Positions 1 through 10,863 of a DNA stretch of 64,000 nt are shown piece after piece. Numbering within the stretch: position 1 is the first letter of the stretch; each line of letters starts with the position of its first letter. Where the stretch lies: assembly GCF_964204645.1 (NCBI RefSeq), contig NC_134030.1, forward strand, positions 13,384,556-13,448,555. Reading direction: 5' to 3'. Under the pieces are notes generated by a model, which had not been told where the DNA came from, searched no databases, and saw only the letters and a program-made list of their open reading frames with translations. A program made the position numbers and the translations under genes. The stretch comes from Tubulanus polymorphus (taxonomy: Eukaryota; Animalia; Nemertea).

Positions 1-1114
1 ATTTATCAGCTGATATAGAAGTAACTGGAAATAATAATAATCATGTTGTAGATAAATGTTGGCCGATATTTGATACAAAAATTAACCATAAAAATTTGAC
101 CGGAAACTGTTTTTAAATTAGATGATTATAATTGATTTGCACATTATAAAGATTTATGGTTAACTAAAGAAAATAGAAAAAAAATATGACATTTCAAGGA
201 ATTCAAACAGAAAACCAAAATAAATTGAGAACGAAAGCTAATAATGCAATAGTAACAGTTGCCGCAGATAAATTAATAAATCAGATTTATGGTAGTAGGT
301 ATAAAATTCCATTAGATTTTGAATTAATGAATGATAATGCGCCTTTATATAAATATGCAATTCAAGAAGATTAAATATTCGAAATCACTTATGCCCCTGT
401 TATTGATATAGTATTCTTGAGTGTAATTAAAGATATGGGTTATGAATTATCAAATATATGCTTTGAATATGATGCAGTAACTAACGAAAATATTGCGAGT
501 AAAATTCAAACTTATGATTATATGATGATAAATTATATGATTATATTGATAAATTTAAGACTCTAACTATTAATCCAAGTGATGAAATAATTAATGAAAA
601 TATCAATTTTCCTGGAAGATCTATTAAAGGTATATCAATATTCTTTACTAAAATATATTCTAATGGTACAATTGATGTAGATAATTATTATTATACTGAA
701 ATATTAAAAGTAGAAATAACAATTGAAGGTATAGCTAATAAGATATTTTGTCGAGGAATGAGAATGATAGATCAATGGGTGGAAATTTAAAATCATTTTA
801 TGAATGAAAAAAATAAATCTGAGGATTGTAATATTAATCAAATTAATTATTATACTGGTAATAAATTTGCATTATGGTTAGATTGAAGAACAACTGAAGA
901 TAATTCATTACATTTGCATTATGATAAGATTTAAGAACAACTGAAGATAATTCATTACATGGTTCTAGTAAAAAAAATTAGAAAATACATAAGATGGACT
1001 ACAATCATTTATGAAAAAGAAAAAGGAATCGACAATTATAAAATGCATTTATATATCATTTCTGATGCGCAATTAAATACAACAAATAAACAATTACATA
1101 GTATTCAATATTGA
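1..1114 (+). pseudogene. Major capsid protein remnant, copy 1 (5' part outside window)
   Basis: Collinear with 2440-3511 (FQGIQ..N.NKLR, YKIPLDFEL, VEITIEGIANKIFC). Multiple stops and frameshifts, a ~47-bp internal duplication near 866-960 and a deletion near 512. Confidence 0.8.
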
Positions 1115-1144
1115 AAATAAACAGTTAATATTAATGATATATAA

Positions 1145-1975
1145 ATGGGAGACAAACAAACTCCTAATCCTTAAGAACAATATTTAAGAAAGTAATATTA
1201 TAATCCTGAGAGTTCGGTCGCCTATATTTCTGTAAAAGTAATGTGGCACCAAGATAAATTAATTAAGATAATCACATAAAATTTAGTTCAATAAAACGTA
1301 TCAATGAATTTATATTAGAACAACCAACATACACAACTCATAAAAAATTGTAAGAAAATATAAAACGCGTAAAACTATGGTAAGATATGTAGATCAGGGA
1401 GATTTGATTGATATGAAAAATCTTAAAAAAAGATAATGATGATTATATGTGGATATTAAATATAATTGATATGTTTAGTCGTTACGTATGGAGTTTTCCA
1501 GTATTCAGAAAAGATGCTGTTCAAACATCAATAGTTTTAAGAAAATTTCTATCAGGTACATTAAAACCAGAAAAAATACAATTTGATGATGGAAAAGAAT
1601 TTGATATTTCATTAGTTCATGGATACTTAGATTACCATAATATTAAATATTTTTCAACAAAATCAGATACATAAGCAGCAGTTGTTGAGCAATTTAATAG
1701 AACATAAGGAACAAGAATGTGGAAATATTTCACAGCAAATAATACTTATAAATGGATTGATATTTTACCAAAATCAATAGGTTTTAGCAATTCTTATCAT
1801 CCATCTATTGGAATGAAACCTATTGATGCTAGAAAACTTGAAAATGCTGAAATTGTTCGGAATAATTTATATGGTGCATTTCTTGTAAATGATTTTGGTG
1901 AACCTAAATTCAAAGTCACAATGTTAGAATTTCTAAGTATCAAAAGATATTTGACAAAGGATACGATCGAAATTT
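1145..1975 (+). pseudogene. Retroviral-like (rve) integrase remnant, copy 1, 3'-truncated
   Basis: Collinear with 3542-4400: IIDMFSRYVWSFPV, QFDDGKEF, MWKYFTANNTYKWID. Internal stop at 1672-1674 and several frameshifts. Confidence 0.85.
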
Positions 1976-1983
1976 AAAAATAA

Positions 1984-2229
1984 CAAATTGATAAAGATAA
2001 AGTTAAGGATGGTTTAAAGAAATTAGCAAAATATTTATGGGAACTATCTAAAAAATCTGCTGCAGCTTTACCAGGAATTATTGCATCAATTGTTGGTTTT
2101 ATATTGAAATCTGCAGGTAATATTCTTAACTTTGCTGCTGAACATATTATTTTATTTTTAATTACAGTTGTAAGTGCTATTATTTTTGGGTTAGTAAACA
2201 TGATATCAAAAAATATCAAGAAAACATAA
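1984..2229 (+). pseudogene. C-terminal remnant of a Polinton/adintovirus amphipathic membrane protein (missed by the ORF track)
   Basis: The plus frame reads QIDKDKVKDGLKKLAKYLWELSKKSAAALPGIIASIVGFILKSAGNILNFAAEHIILFLITVVSAIIFGLVNMISKNIKKT*. I recall the AAALPGII.SIV motif with a hydrophobic tail from the capsid-adjacent gene of these elements. The N-terminus is lost at the junction with copy 1. Confidence 0.6.
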
Positions 2230-2263
2230 TAAAAAATAAATGATTAATTTTTTTGTTAAATAA

Positions 2264-3511
2264 ATGAGTGGGCGTTATATCAATCCTTCTAAGAATCATA
2301 GAATATCTAATGCTATTAAAGCAGAAAGATCACATCATATAATTACTCATAATCCTTCAAATGTTAATCCCGATGAAGCTTTATATGTTAGAATTCCTAG
2401 ATTAACACAAAATACTTTTTATGTTCCAAATAGTATTTTATTTATCAGCCGATATAAAAGTAACCGGTAATAGTAATAATTATGTTGTCGATAATGTTGG
2501 AAGATATTTGATTAAAAAATTAACAATAAAGATTGGTCCAGAAACAGTTTTCTCATTAGATGATTATAATTTATTTATGCATTATAAAGATTTATGGTTA
2601 ACTAAAGAAAATAGAAATAATATGATATTTCAAGGCATTCAATCGGAAAACCATAATAAATTAAGATCTGAAGCCAATAACGCAGTAGTAACTAATGACG
2701 TAGATAATTTGATTAAAAAGATTTATGGAAGCAAATATAAAATTCCATTAGACTTTGAATTGATAAATAATAATGCACCTTTATATAAATATGTAATTCA
2801 AGAAGATATTATGTTTGAGATAACATTTGCTCCTGTAAATGAAATTGTATTATCTAGCGTTGTTAAAGATATGGGTTATAAATTATCGAATATATGTTTA
2901 GAATATAACACAGTAACTAATGAAAATATTGCTAGCACAATTCAAACTCAATACAATCAAGGATTTTCATTATTATATGATTATATTGATAAATTTTAAA
3001 CTGTAACTATTAATGCAAATGATGAAATAATTAATGAGAATATTAACTTCCCAAGAAGATCTATTAAAGGAATATTAATATTTTTACCATTGCAACATAT
3101 TCTAATGGCGCAATAAAGGTAGATAATTATTATAATCCTGAAATGACAAAAGTAGAAATAACTATCGAAGGAATAGCAAATAAAATATTTTGTCAAGGAA
3201 TGAGAATGATAGATCAATGGCCAGAAATTAGAAAACATTTTATGAATGAAAAAGTAAAATCATCTGAAAATTGTAATATTAATCAAATTGATTATTATAC
3301 CGGTAATAAATATGCATTATGGTTAGATTTTAGAACAACAGAGGATAATTCATTACATGGTTCTGGGAAAAAACTACAGAACACTAAAGATGGAATACAA
3401 TTATTCATGAAAAAGAAAAAAGGAAGCTTAAATTTCAAAATGCACATTTATATTATATCTGACGCACAATTAAATATTGTAAATTCACAATTAGATAGTA
3501 TTCAATATTAG
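2264..3511 (+). pseudogene. Major capsid protein (double jelly-roll, hexon-like), about 415 aa, 3 frameshifts
   Basis: ORFs 2264-2470, 2421-2999, a 3000-3100 frame (TVTINANDEIINENINFPRRSIKGILIF) and 3143-3511 join into one protein. Motifs THNPS.V...LYVRIP, NVGR.LIKK.TIK, IPLDFEL, ALWLDFRTTEDNSLHGSG and YIISDAQLNI are typical of this Polinton capsid family. Confidence 0.8.
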
Positions 3512-3541
3512 AAATATAAAGTTAAAATTAACGATATATAA

Positions 3542-4647
3542 ATGGGCGGTAAAAAAACTCCTAATACTAAAGAACAATAGTTAAGAAATTTATATTACAA
3601 CCCTGAGAGTTCGGTTGCTTATTCTTCTACCAAAAATATATGGCGTCAAGTAAAACAAGATAAATTAGATAAGATAATCCCACAAAATTTAGTTAAATAT
3701 AAAGATATAAATGAATTTATGTTAGAACAACCAACATATACAACACATAGAAAAATTGTTAGAAAATATAAAACTCGTAAAACTATGGTAAGTTATGTAG
3801 ATCAACAGTGGCAAGGAGATTTAATTGATATGAAAAATGTTAAGAAAGATAATGATGATTATTGGTGGATATTGAGTATAATTGATATCTTTAGTCGTTA
3901 TGTATGGAGCTTCCCAGTTTATAGAAAAGATGCTGTACAAACATCAAATGTTTTAAGAAAATTTCTTTCGGATGATAAACTAAAACCACAAAAAATACAA
4001 TTTGATGATGGAAAAGAATTTGATAATTCACTTGTTCATGAACTCTTAGATAATCATAATATTAAATATTTTTCAACAAAATCGGATAAAAAAGCAGCAG
4101 TTGTTGAACGATTTAATAGAACATTAAGAACAAGAATGTGGAAATATTTTACAGCATATGATACTTTTAAATGGATTGATGTTTTACCAAAATTGATAGA
4201 AGGATATAATAATTCTTATCATTCTTCTATTGGAATGAAACCTATTGATGCTAGAAAACCTGAAAATGCTGAAATTGTTTGGAATAATTTATATGGAGCA
4301 TTTCTTGTAGATGATTTTGGTGAACCTAAATTTAAAATAGGACAACACGTTAGAATTTATAAGTATAAAAAGATATTTGATAAAGGATACGTAATTTTAC
4401 AAGAGAAATATATTAGATGAAAAAAATAATAAAAACAAAACCATTTGTCTATAAATTAGAAGATTTAGATGCTGAAGAAGTTGCAAGGTATTTTATGAAG
4501 AAGAATTAAGTTTAACTACTGAAAAACTAGAATAAGAATATGAAATTGAAAATGTATTAAAAACAAAAACTGTTAAAAGAAAAAAAGTAAAACGGTATGG
4601 ATGAATTTAATGAATGGATATTATCAAGTAAAATTAAAAATATATAA
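3542..4647 (+). pseudogene. Polinton DDE integrase with degenerate C-terminal chromodomain
   Basis: ATG 3542 is in frame with ORF 3719-4420. Premature TAG at 3578-3580, where copy 1 has TAT. Catalytic triad in WQGDLIDM / QFDDGKEF / AVVERFNRT. The frameshifted tail YEIENVLKTKTVK...EFNEWI resembles a chromodomain. Confidence 0.92.
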
Positions 4648-5227
4648 ATGAATAAGGAATTATTTATATTTGAACCTCATAATATGTTAATTTCTGGTGT
4701 AACAAATTGTGGAAAAACTTATCTTATTATTAATTTATTAGAAACTATTTATAAAAACTATTTTGATGATATAGTATTATTTAGTCCAACATATGAGTTT
4801 CATCAAACTTATAATATAAATATTACTAGAAATAATAAATTTATCGTATTGGATACTAAAATAGTGAAAGAAAATTTAGATAATTGTTTTAAAATAGCAA
4901 TTGATATTCATAAAGGAACAAATACATCACTTATAATAGATGATTGTGCAAATTATTCAATTGATTCAAAAATTAGAGAAAGTGAAAGCTTTTTCTGGTA
5001 GACATTTTGGGATAACCACATGGGTTTTAAATCAAAAATGTAATTCAATTGTAAAAGATTTTAGAGAAAACATTAGATTTTTAGTATTATTCTACAATAA
5101 AGATAGAAAATCAATGAAAATGCACTTGAAGAAAATTATATCATTCCACATGATTTTCATAATGAATATATGGATAAATTGGAAAATAACAAAAGATCAA
5201 ATTATTTCGATAACAACGCCCATTTAA
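4648..5227 (+). pseudogene. A32/FtsK-HerA-type genome packaging ATPase, frameshifted
   Basis: Walker A GVTNCGKT and Walker B LIIDD. After a frameshift near 4990 come GRH (arginine finger), WVLNQ and FRENIRFLVLFY. Confidence 0.9.
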
Positions 5228-5429
5228 ATGTGAATTTATCTAAACTCAACTAGTTTTTTAAAATCTATTTTATTTTAGCCACTTTCTATTTGAATTTTAG
5301 TTAGTAGTTGAAACAAATATCAAATAAAATTCAACAAGAAATAAATAAAAACAACAACTAGCTTGTTAAATTTAGTGTATTTTTAGTTAAATTTTAGTTG
5401 TAACAACTAATGTTTTTGTTAGATAAATA

Positions 5430-5950
5430 AGAGGTGAAAAGAAATAAAATCTAAAAATAGTGATGTTCAAACTAAAAAACTGGATGATTTCGGAATAATA
5501 GAAACAAAATTAACTGCAGATAATGAATTTCAAAATGATATTACAACAAATAATAATTTTGAATGTTATATTTATTGCAAACCTCAATTAGAAATATTAA
5601 TTGCATCTGGAAAAATTTAAAACCTTTATTGTTAAAAATTTGACTTATTATGAATTAGATATAATGAAATCAGATCAAATCATAAACTTATTTAAGATTT
5701 ATAAAACTGCGAGAATAGCTAGAATTAATGACACGATATCAGAAAATGTGATAAAAGGTTATTCTAAATTATGTAATTATATGCTACCAATTGTGAAGAT
5801 GAAAATAAATTTCATTCCGATTTGAAAAATGATTATTTAGTTAAGACTGAATTAAATGAATTGGATTGGATATTGATCATTTCAATCAGGTAGATTTATG
5901 ACATTATTACTCAACTGGAGTTATTACATTTTCAAACATTGATAATAAAT
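5430..5950 (+). pseudogene. Degraded Polinton hypothetical gene downstream of the ATPase
   Basis: Fragment KNLTYYELDIMKSDQIINLFKIYKTARIARINDTISENVIKGYSKLCNYMLPI, with the same codon/AT style and strand as the neighbouring element genes. Boundaries are approximate. Confidence 0.45.
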
Positions 5951-5965
5951 ATTTTTCTACAATAA

Positions 5966-6179
5966 ATGAGCGAAACGGAAGAAGTGAAAGAAATAACTGT
6001 GAAGAAAAAAACCGAGAACTCAGAAACACATTGAATGGTCTCGACAATTAGGAAAAAAATCAAAAGAATTTAAAAAAGCTAAAAAAGAAAAAATGAATAA
6101 TAAAAATGTTGATAAAGATGAAAATAATGTTATTTCTACTCCTAGATTAAATTTCAAAATTCACTATAAAGAAACATGA
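5966..6179 (+). pseudogene. Small lysine-rich protein (possible virion core/DNA-binding), frameshifted
   Basis: TAAATG start at 5963-5968. MSETEEVKEITVKKK, then a frameshift in the A-run to RTQKHIEWSRQLGKKSKEFKKAKKEK. Confidence 0.45.
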
Positions 6180-9100
6180 TTAATATTTTAAAAAGCAAAC
6201 AAAATAATTCATTTTACTTAACAATTTCTATTTTTAATAGATTACATATCTCACTATTTTTGTATGCGGAGCAATTATATCGTCATTTTCTTGTTAAATA
6301 TCGACTAATTTTTTATTTCATATTGTTCTTTTGATGGTTTCTATTCTATTATCTATTGACGCTAAGAATGCTTTTCTGTCTCCCATTTAAATAGAAAAAA
6401 AATTACTTGTGGTGGCGAGTCGCTCTATCGCTCTCTGGTATGAAACCCTGATTTTGTAATTACTGACATGTTTTATGATTGTGGCGAGTTTCAATGTCAT
6501 AATTTTGTGTATGGTCACCAGAGGATGTTCAATTGCTGAAAAACTAAGTATTTAAATATAACATTGGTACCTAGTCATATTTTGTAACCACATTCAATTG
6601 CATAAATTTAGCTAGTGACATGTTCTCTGGTTTGGCGAGTTTTAAGGTTATTGCTTTCTTAATATATTCACCAGGGTACGTCAAATATTGATATTTTTGT
6701 TTATTGAGAATTTTAAACCATTTCCCAGGCGGCCGTGGTGTCCCTGGACCCCTAGTTCATTTTGAAAGTGTTTTTTTTAAATAATTGTAGTTCATCGTAT
6801 ATCCGGACACATGGACCTATGATAAATTCGAGAACATTTTCAAAGCAAGTAAAGCGGATCTATATATTCCGCGAGCAACAAACGCTTAGATTTCAACATA
6901 GACAATAATCCGTTAGCCTTAAGATTCTTTTCAAGGCAATTTAAAAATCATACGGAATCTGGAAACTATATCAATCAGCTCGATGAGGAATGCGGGCATA
7001 ACGTTGAGAGTGACCAGTTCTTAGATTTGCCGATGATGAGACTTCGAACGGACCTGGAAGCAGTTTCAGTCAACACACACAGCGTTAGAACGGACCTGAT
7101 TCGCACTTTTAGGTCGGTCGAATTGGACCTGCTCAAAAATTGACCAGGCCATTTTAGAACGGACTTTTTGCAAGCTTTAACAATCGGTCCCAATTAGTAC
7201 GGTCCAAAATTCTGACCGGTTGTCTAAATGAAGTTGTTTTTTGTCTTAAAAAAAAAAGCTGACTCAATGATAATGACCAATGACGAAGAGAAGATGTCCT
7301 TTATCCGTGGAGGCCACTAGTAGCAAAACTATAGGCTAGGAAGTGAACAGAAATGATTTTAGTTCGATTAAATGTATTCATTAATAGAATATGAAAATAT
7401 ATGCACCGCGCAGGTCGAACCTCTGAGCAAAATATATCTCCCGTACCTGCTGCGTACTAAATGGACTACAGCTGCAACTATTGACCGCAGCTGCTTGTAA
7501 TTGCTCTTCAAACTAACGAAACAGCCATTGAAGCAGATACCTCTCAGCAATAACATTGCGAAAATACACGTAATCTGTAATGTCTGTTACAAAATGGTGG
7601 CGCGTATGGTATGCCATGATGCTTAATTCCTTACATATCATCGTCACAGATGTCGACTTTCGAGGAGAAAGCATCTGCTTTCAAACTGTGTGAGCGAGGC
7701 TATCCACAACTTATATTCGATTGAATTCTCAATGATACCGATTAAAAAAGAGAATTGAACGCAGTGTGATTGACCACGCCCTGAGAGGTTTACTTCAGAA
7801 CTATCGCCATATCAAACGCACATGGTTGCTTTTGTAACAAATAAAATGGACAATGCACCTATTCAAAGCGAGGTGTTTTGGTTCAGACCCCGAGCTTGTG
7901 TGGCCTCGGGGTTTGTTTTCATATTATTACTTCCAAGTTTGAGTCCGCCGCGTTTGGGCTCGCGTACACAGTGTAGGCCTACTGGCATTCCTATTCCTAA
8001 ATGGTATTTTATCGGACTCAAGACTTAGATATAATCCACTTATCTCAAAATAAGTGCACTAAATTAACAGAAATTAAAATAACACTCTTATTAAATTTGG
8101 CAACAGACCCGTTCGTTCGTATCGCTACTTGTCTGGCCATGGGACTCTACTAAGAATCCTGAAGGTTAAGCTGGAAGAAACTTAGTACGTTAGTAAACAT
8201 TAAGTAAATTAATAACAAGTTGCAGTGCCATATTTTGTGAACCAATTGATTTATCGTTATTTTTATCAAGTGACATTGATGAAACAGGTGGTAAAACGAT
8301 ATAATCTGATGAACTCCATCGAATTGTGGGATGATAGGGATAAAAGTCTTTGAATATGATTTTTGGATCGCCGATAGAAAATGATTACTAGAACCCACCA
8401 GTCTTTTTAATCACTACATGTATAGTAGATCAACTGATCGTAGTACTCAAACATACATTTTGAACAAGAGTCCATCAATGCCACATATGGAACGAACTAT
8501 TACTTCGATTCGGTCAGTTCTCTGGGGCTGGTTTCAATTGGGGCGGTGCCAGATTTTCAACGCGCCAAACCGCCCAGTAGATACATGGTCAGATTTTGAT
8601 GTTGAAAATACATCTATTGGTCCTATCTTACCAAAACATCGATATGACGTATTCGAAAGGTAACAAACTATTAGTTTTTAATATATCAATTATGGTGATG
8701 ATTATCGAAGGTAATCTATTCGCTGTTACAAAACGAATACCATGTTGGCACGAATAGGGTTTTGTGTGCAGAAAAAAATTATATTCATATCTCGTTTTTC
8801 CTGGGAGTAGAACTTACAACGCAAGTGCTAATCAATCTCTGTGTTCATGGCTTAGGAGCTGAAGAGTAGATGAAAATTCTGGGGTCTCATGAAAAGAAAA
8901 TCAATTTGTGTTGTGAAATCACAGATGGGCTAGAATAATATGACTGTAATTTATTGAGTTCCATATTTCATTATGGTGTTATCGAAATTGAAATAAACCG
9001 AGTGATTACATCTGGCGAACACTCCGAATTGGAAAGCTGTATAAGGAGAGGACTCATTATTAAAAGATAAGTTGAGCATGATTGGATTAATCTGTATTTC

Positions 9101-9464
9101 AAATTCCACATGAACAATATTTGTGATATGCTAGTTGATTCGAGTTAAGAGGTATCTTCGTCTAATAGTTCGAATGAATTTGTGAATATTACTTCGTGTA
9201 TTTAGATATTTCCGAATTTGTATGAAAACTTCGACATTTTATCTAACCACTGTTCATTTATATTTTATTTTGAGATCTCTACATTTAATATTCTATGTCA
9301 TATTGACATCGGTATTCCATTGCATGATTGAAAACAACGTACTATTCACATCAATTCTTCAGCGTGATTTTCATCATCACGGGTGAGGGTGGGGCAAGAT
9401 GGAGGCAAACAATACTTCAGCCAATCACTGGGTGGGATTTTTTAAGCCCAGCGCACACTATAAA

Positions 9465-9892
9465 AGCCCAACGCACACGAAACGGAAAAAACACGTTTTT
9501 TCTTCCCTCTTGAAAAACGATGTTTCTTCGATGCGTTTTGTTATTCCGTGTGCGTTGAAGTCATAACAGAGAATGCTCAACATAAAGAAGGTTTTTCGCG
9601 ATACAACCATTGCTTGATTTGATCAAAATTATTTGTGTCGTCGAATACATTTTTCGTCCCGTGTGCGTTTGCGAAACACATCCATAGCTGAAAAACCGAT
9701 CAGCGAGCATCACGTGACATTAACAAATATTCACGAAAGCTTATCATTGCAACACGGTGCATAAACGGTTTGCCACGCATTTTTGTTTCACCGCAGTCGT
9801 TGATCATCTAAAAGTTTGCCCGGAGAAATACGATTGTAAAAAACGTGTGTTCTGTCTTGATGGAACAAAACGCATGCCGCGTGCATTAGGCT
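9465..9892. mobile_element. Old PIF/Harbinger-like MITE
   Basis: Imperfect 15-bp TIR (AGCCCAACGCACACG / CGCGTGCATTAGGCT, 12/15), AAA on both flanks, and internal repeats of the CCGTGTGCGTT motif at about 9546 and 9659. Confidence 0.45.
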
Positions 9893-10038
9893 AAACAGGC
9901 TATCATTCCGTGAATATAATGTTACAGTGCAGCATATAGTATCATTATATATTAACAGCCAAGTCTAAGTCCAACAACTAATAATTAAATAAGAATGATA
10001 ATAATAATGATGATAAAACTATTTTGAATTATATGTTT

Positions 10039-10100
10039 TTGCAAAGTGGCAAAGCCACAGGAGTTGGTGGAATACCAAATGAAATCTTTAAAGAAAAAAG
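10039..10100 (+). pseudogene. Non-LTR retrotransposon fragment (motif just upstream of RT)
   Basis: Translates as LQSGKATGVGGIPNEIFK, matching the LINE K..KA.G.DGIPNE.LK motif. Confidence 0.55.
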
Positions 10101-10478
10101 TGTTGGGACCAACTACGCTATACTAGTGTAGCGTAGTTGGCCCCAGATATGATTTAACATTATACATTATTTTTTAATTTAAAGGCATGTTATTTATTTA
10201 ATGTGTATCTGTATGTATTTTATGTTATATCTTCTTTGTTCATTCTTGTCACTAACTGGAGACAGTGAACGTTTTACATGAGAGAGTGAGCTCGACTTGA
10301 TAGTATTCGTCACTGTTTGTACAACAATTTGCCATCTGTTTCGGAGTAGCTGTACTGGTCATTTTCTTTGAAAATGTGTCAGACATGTCTTTAACATATG
10401 TAGTTTATTTAAGATATACAAAGCTTCTAAAATAAAGTGAGAGGAATCAGAGTTAGACTTTCGTCTTTGTATGGATCC

Positions 10479-10747
10479 TGTCGGTGACGCCATTAAGTTT
10501 GACACAATTCTTTCTCTAATCTAAAGTTTAAACCGCTCTAATCAGTACATTTTCATTCAGGCATTACGGTAATTCGACTCTCTTTAAGTAAACGAGGCAT
10601 CACCCACGTCTCTCCTTCCTCTGCACATGCGCATGCAATCATAACCATATAGATTTTAGTACAATATACTCAGTTAGTCATATGGAAATTCTTGAGTTAC
10701 GTCTTATAAATCGGTAGTCGCCACTCGGACGGTCAGAGTCGACGACA
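10479..10747 (+). repeat. 5' LTR (269 bp)
   Basis: TGTCG...CGACA. Direct repeat of 14660-14933 with about 18 substitutions and one small indel by manual count (about 93% identity). Confidence 0.97.
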
Positions 10748-10748
10748 G

Positions 10749-10766
10749 TGGTGCCGTGACCAGGAT
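10749..10766 (+). promoter_or_regulatory. Primer-binding site, tRNA-His
   Basis: TGGTGCCGTGACCAGGAT lies 1 nt after the LTR and is complementary to the tRNA-His 3' end (...GTCACGGCACCA). Confidence 0.88.
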
Positions 10767-10863
10767 AATAATCATCATCGATCATCAATACACAACGCAA
10801 TGCATTAATGGATAAAGTCAACTTACTCAAACGAAGTCAAAAGTTAAGAAAATTCAAATCATC

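Larger units (their letters stand above)
1..6390 (+). mobile_element. Decayed Polinton/Maverick (adintovirus-like) endogenous element; two related modules in tandem
   Basis: Very AT-rich block with the gene order membrane-protein tail, major capsid, DDE integrase(+chromodomain), A32-like ATPase, conserved hypothetical, small basic protein. Many frameshifts and stops. No pPolB or terminal inverted repeat is visible in the window; the element runs off the left edge. Confidence 0.88.

Noticed and set aside
1974-2219. Minus-strand 81-aa ORF
   Set aside because: Antisense shadow of the plus-strand membrane-protein frame, which matches the orientation of the neighbouring element genes.
7040-7225. 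Cluster of CGGACC/GGTCC motifs suggestive of MITE subterminal repeats
   Set aside because: No TIR pair or TSD could be defined.
8190-8385. Minus-frame peptide SFSIGDPKIIFKDFYPYHPTIRW, resembling a Gypsy integrase C-terminus or a host exon
   Set aside because: The similarity is too weak, with no supporting LTR features or clear splice sites.
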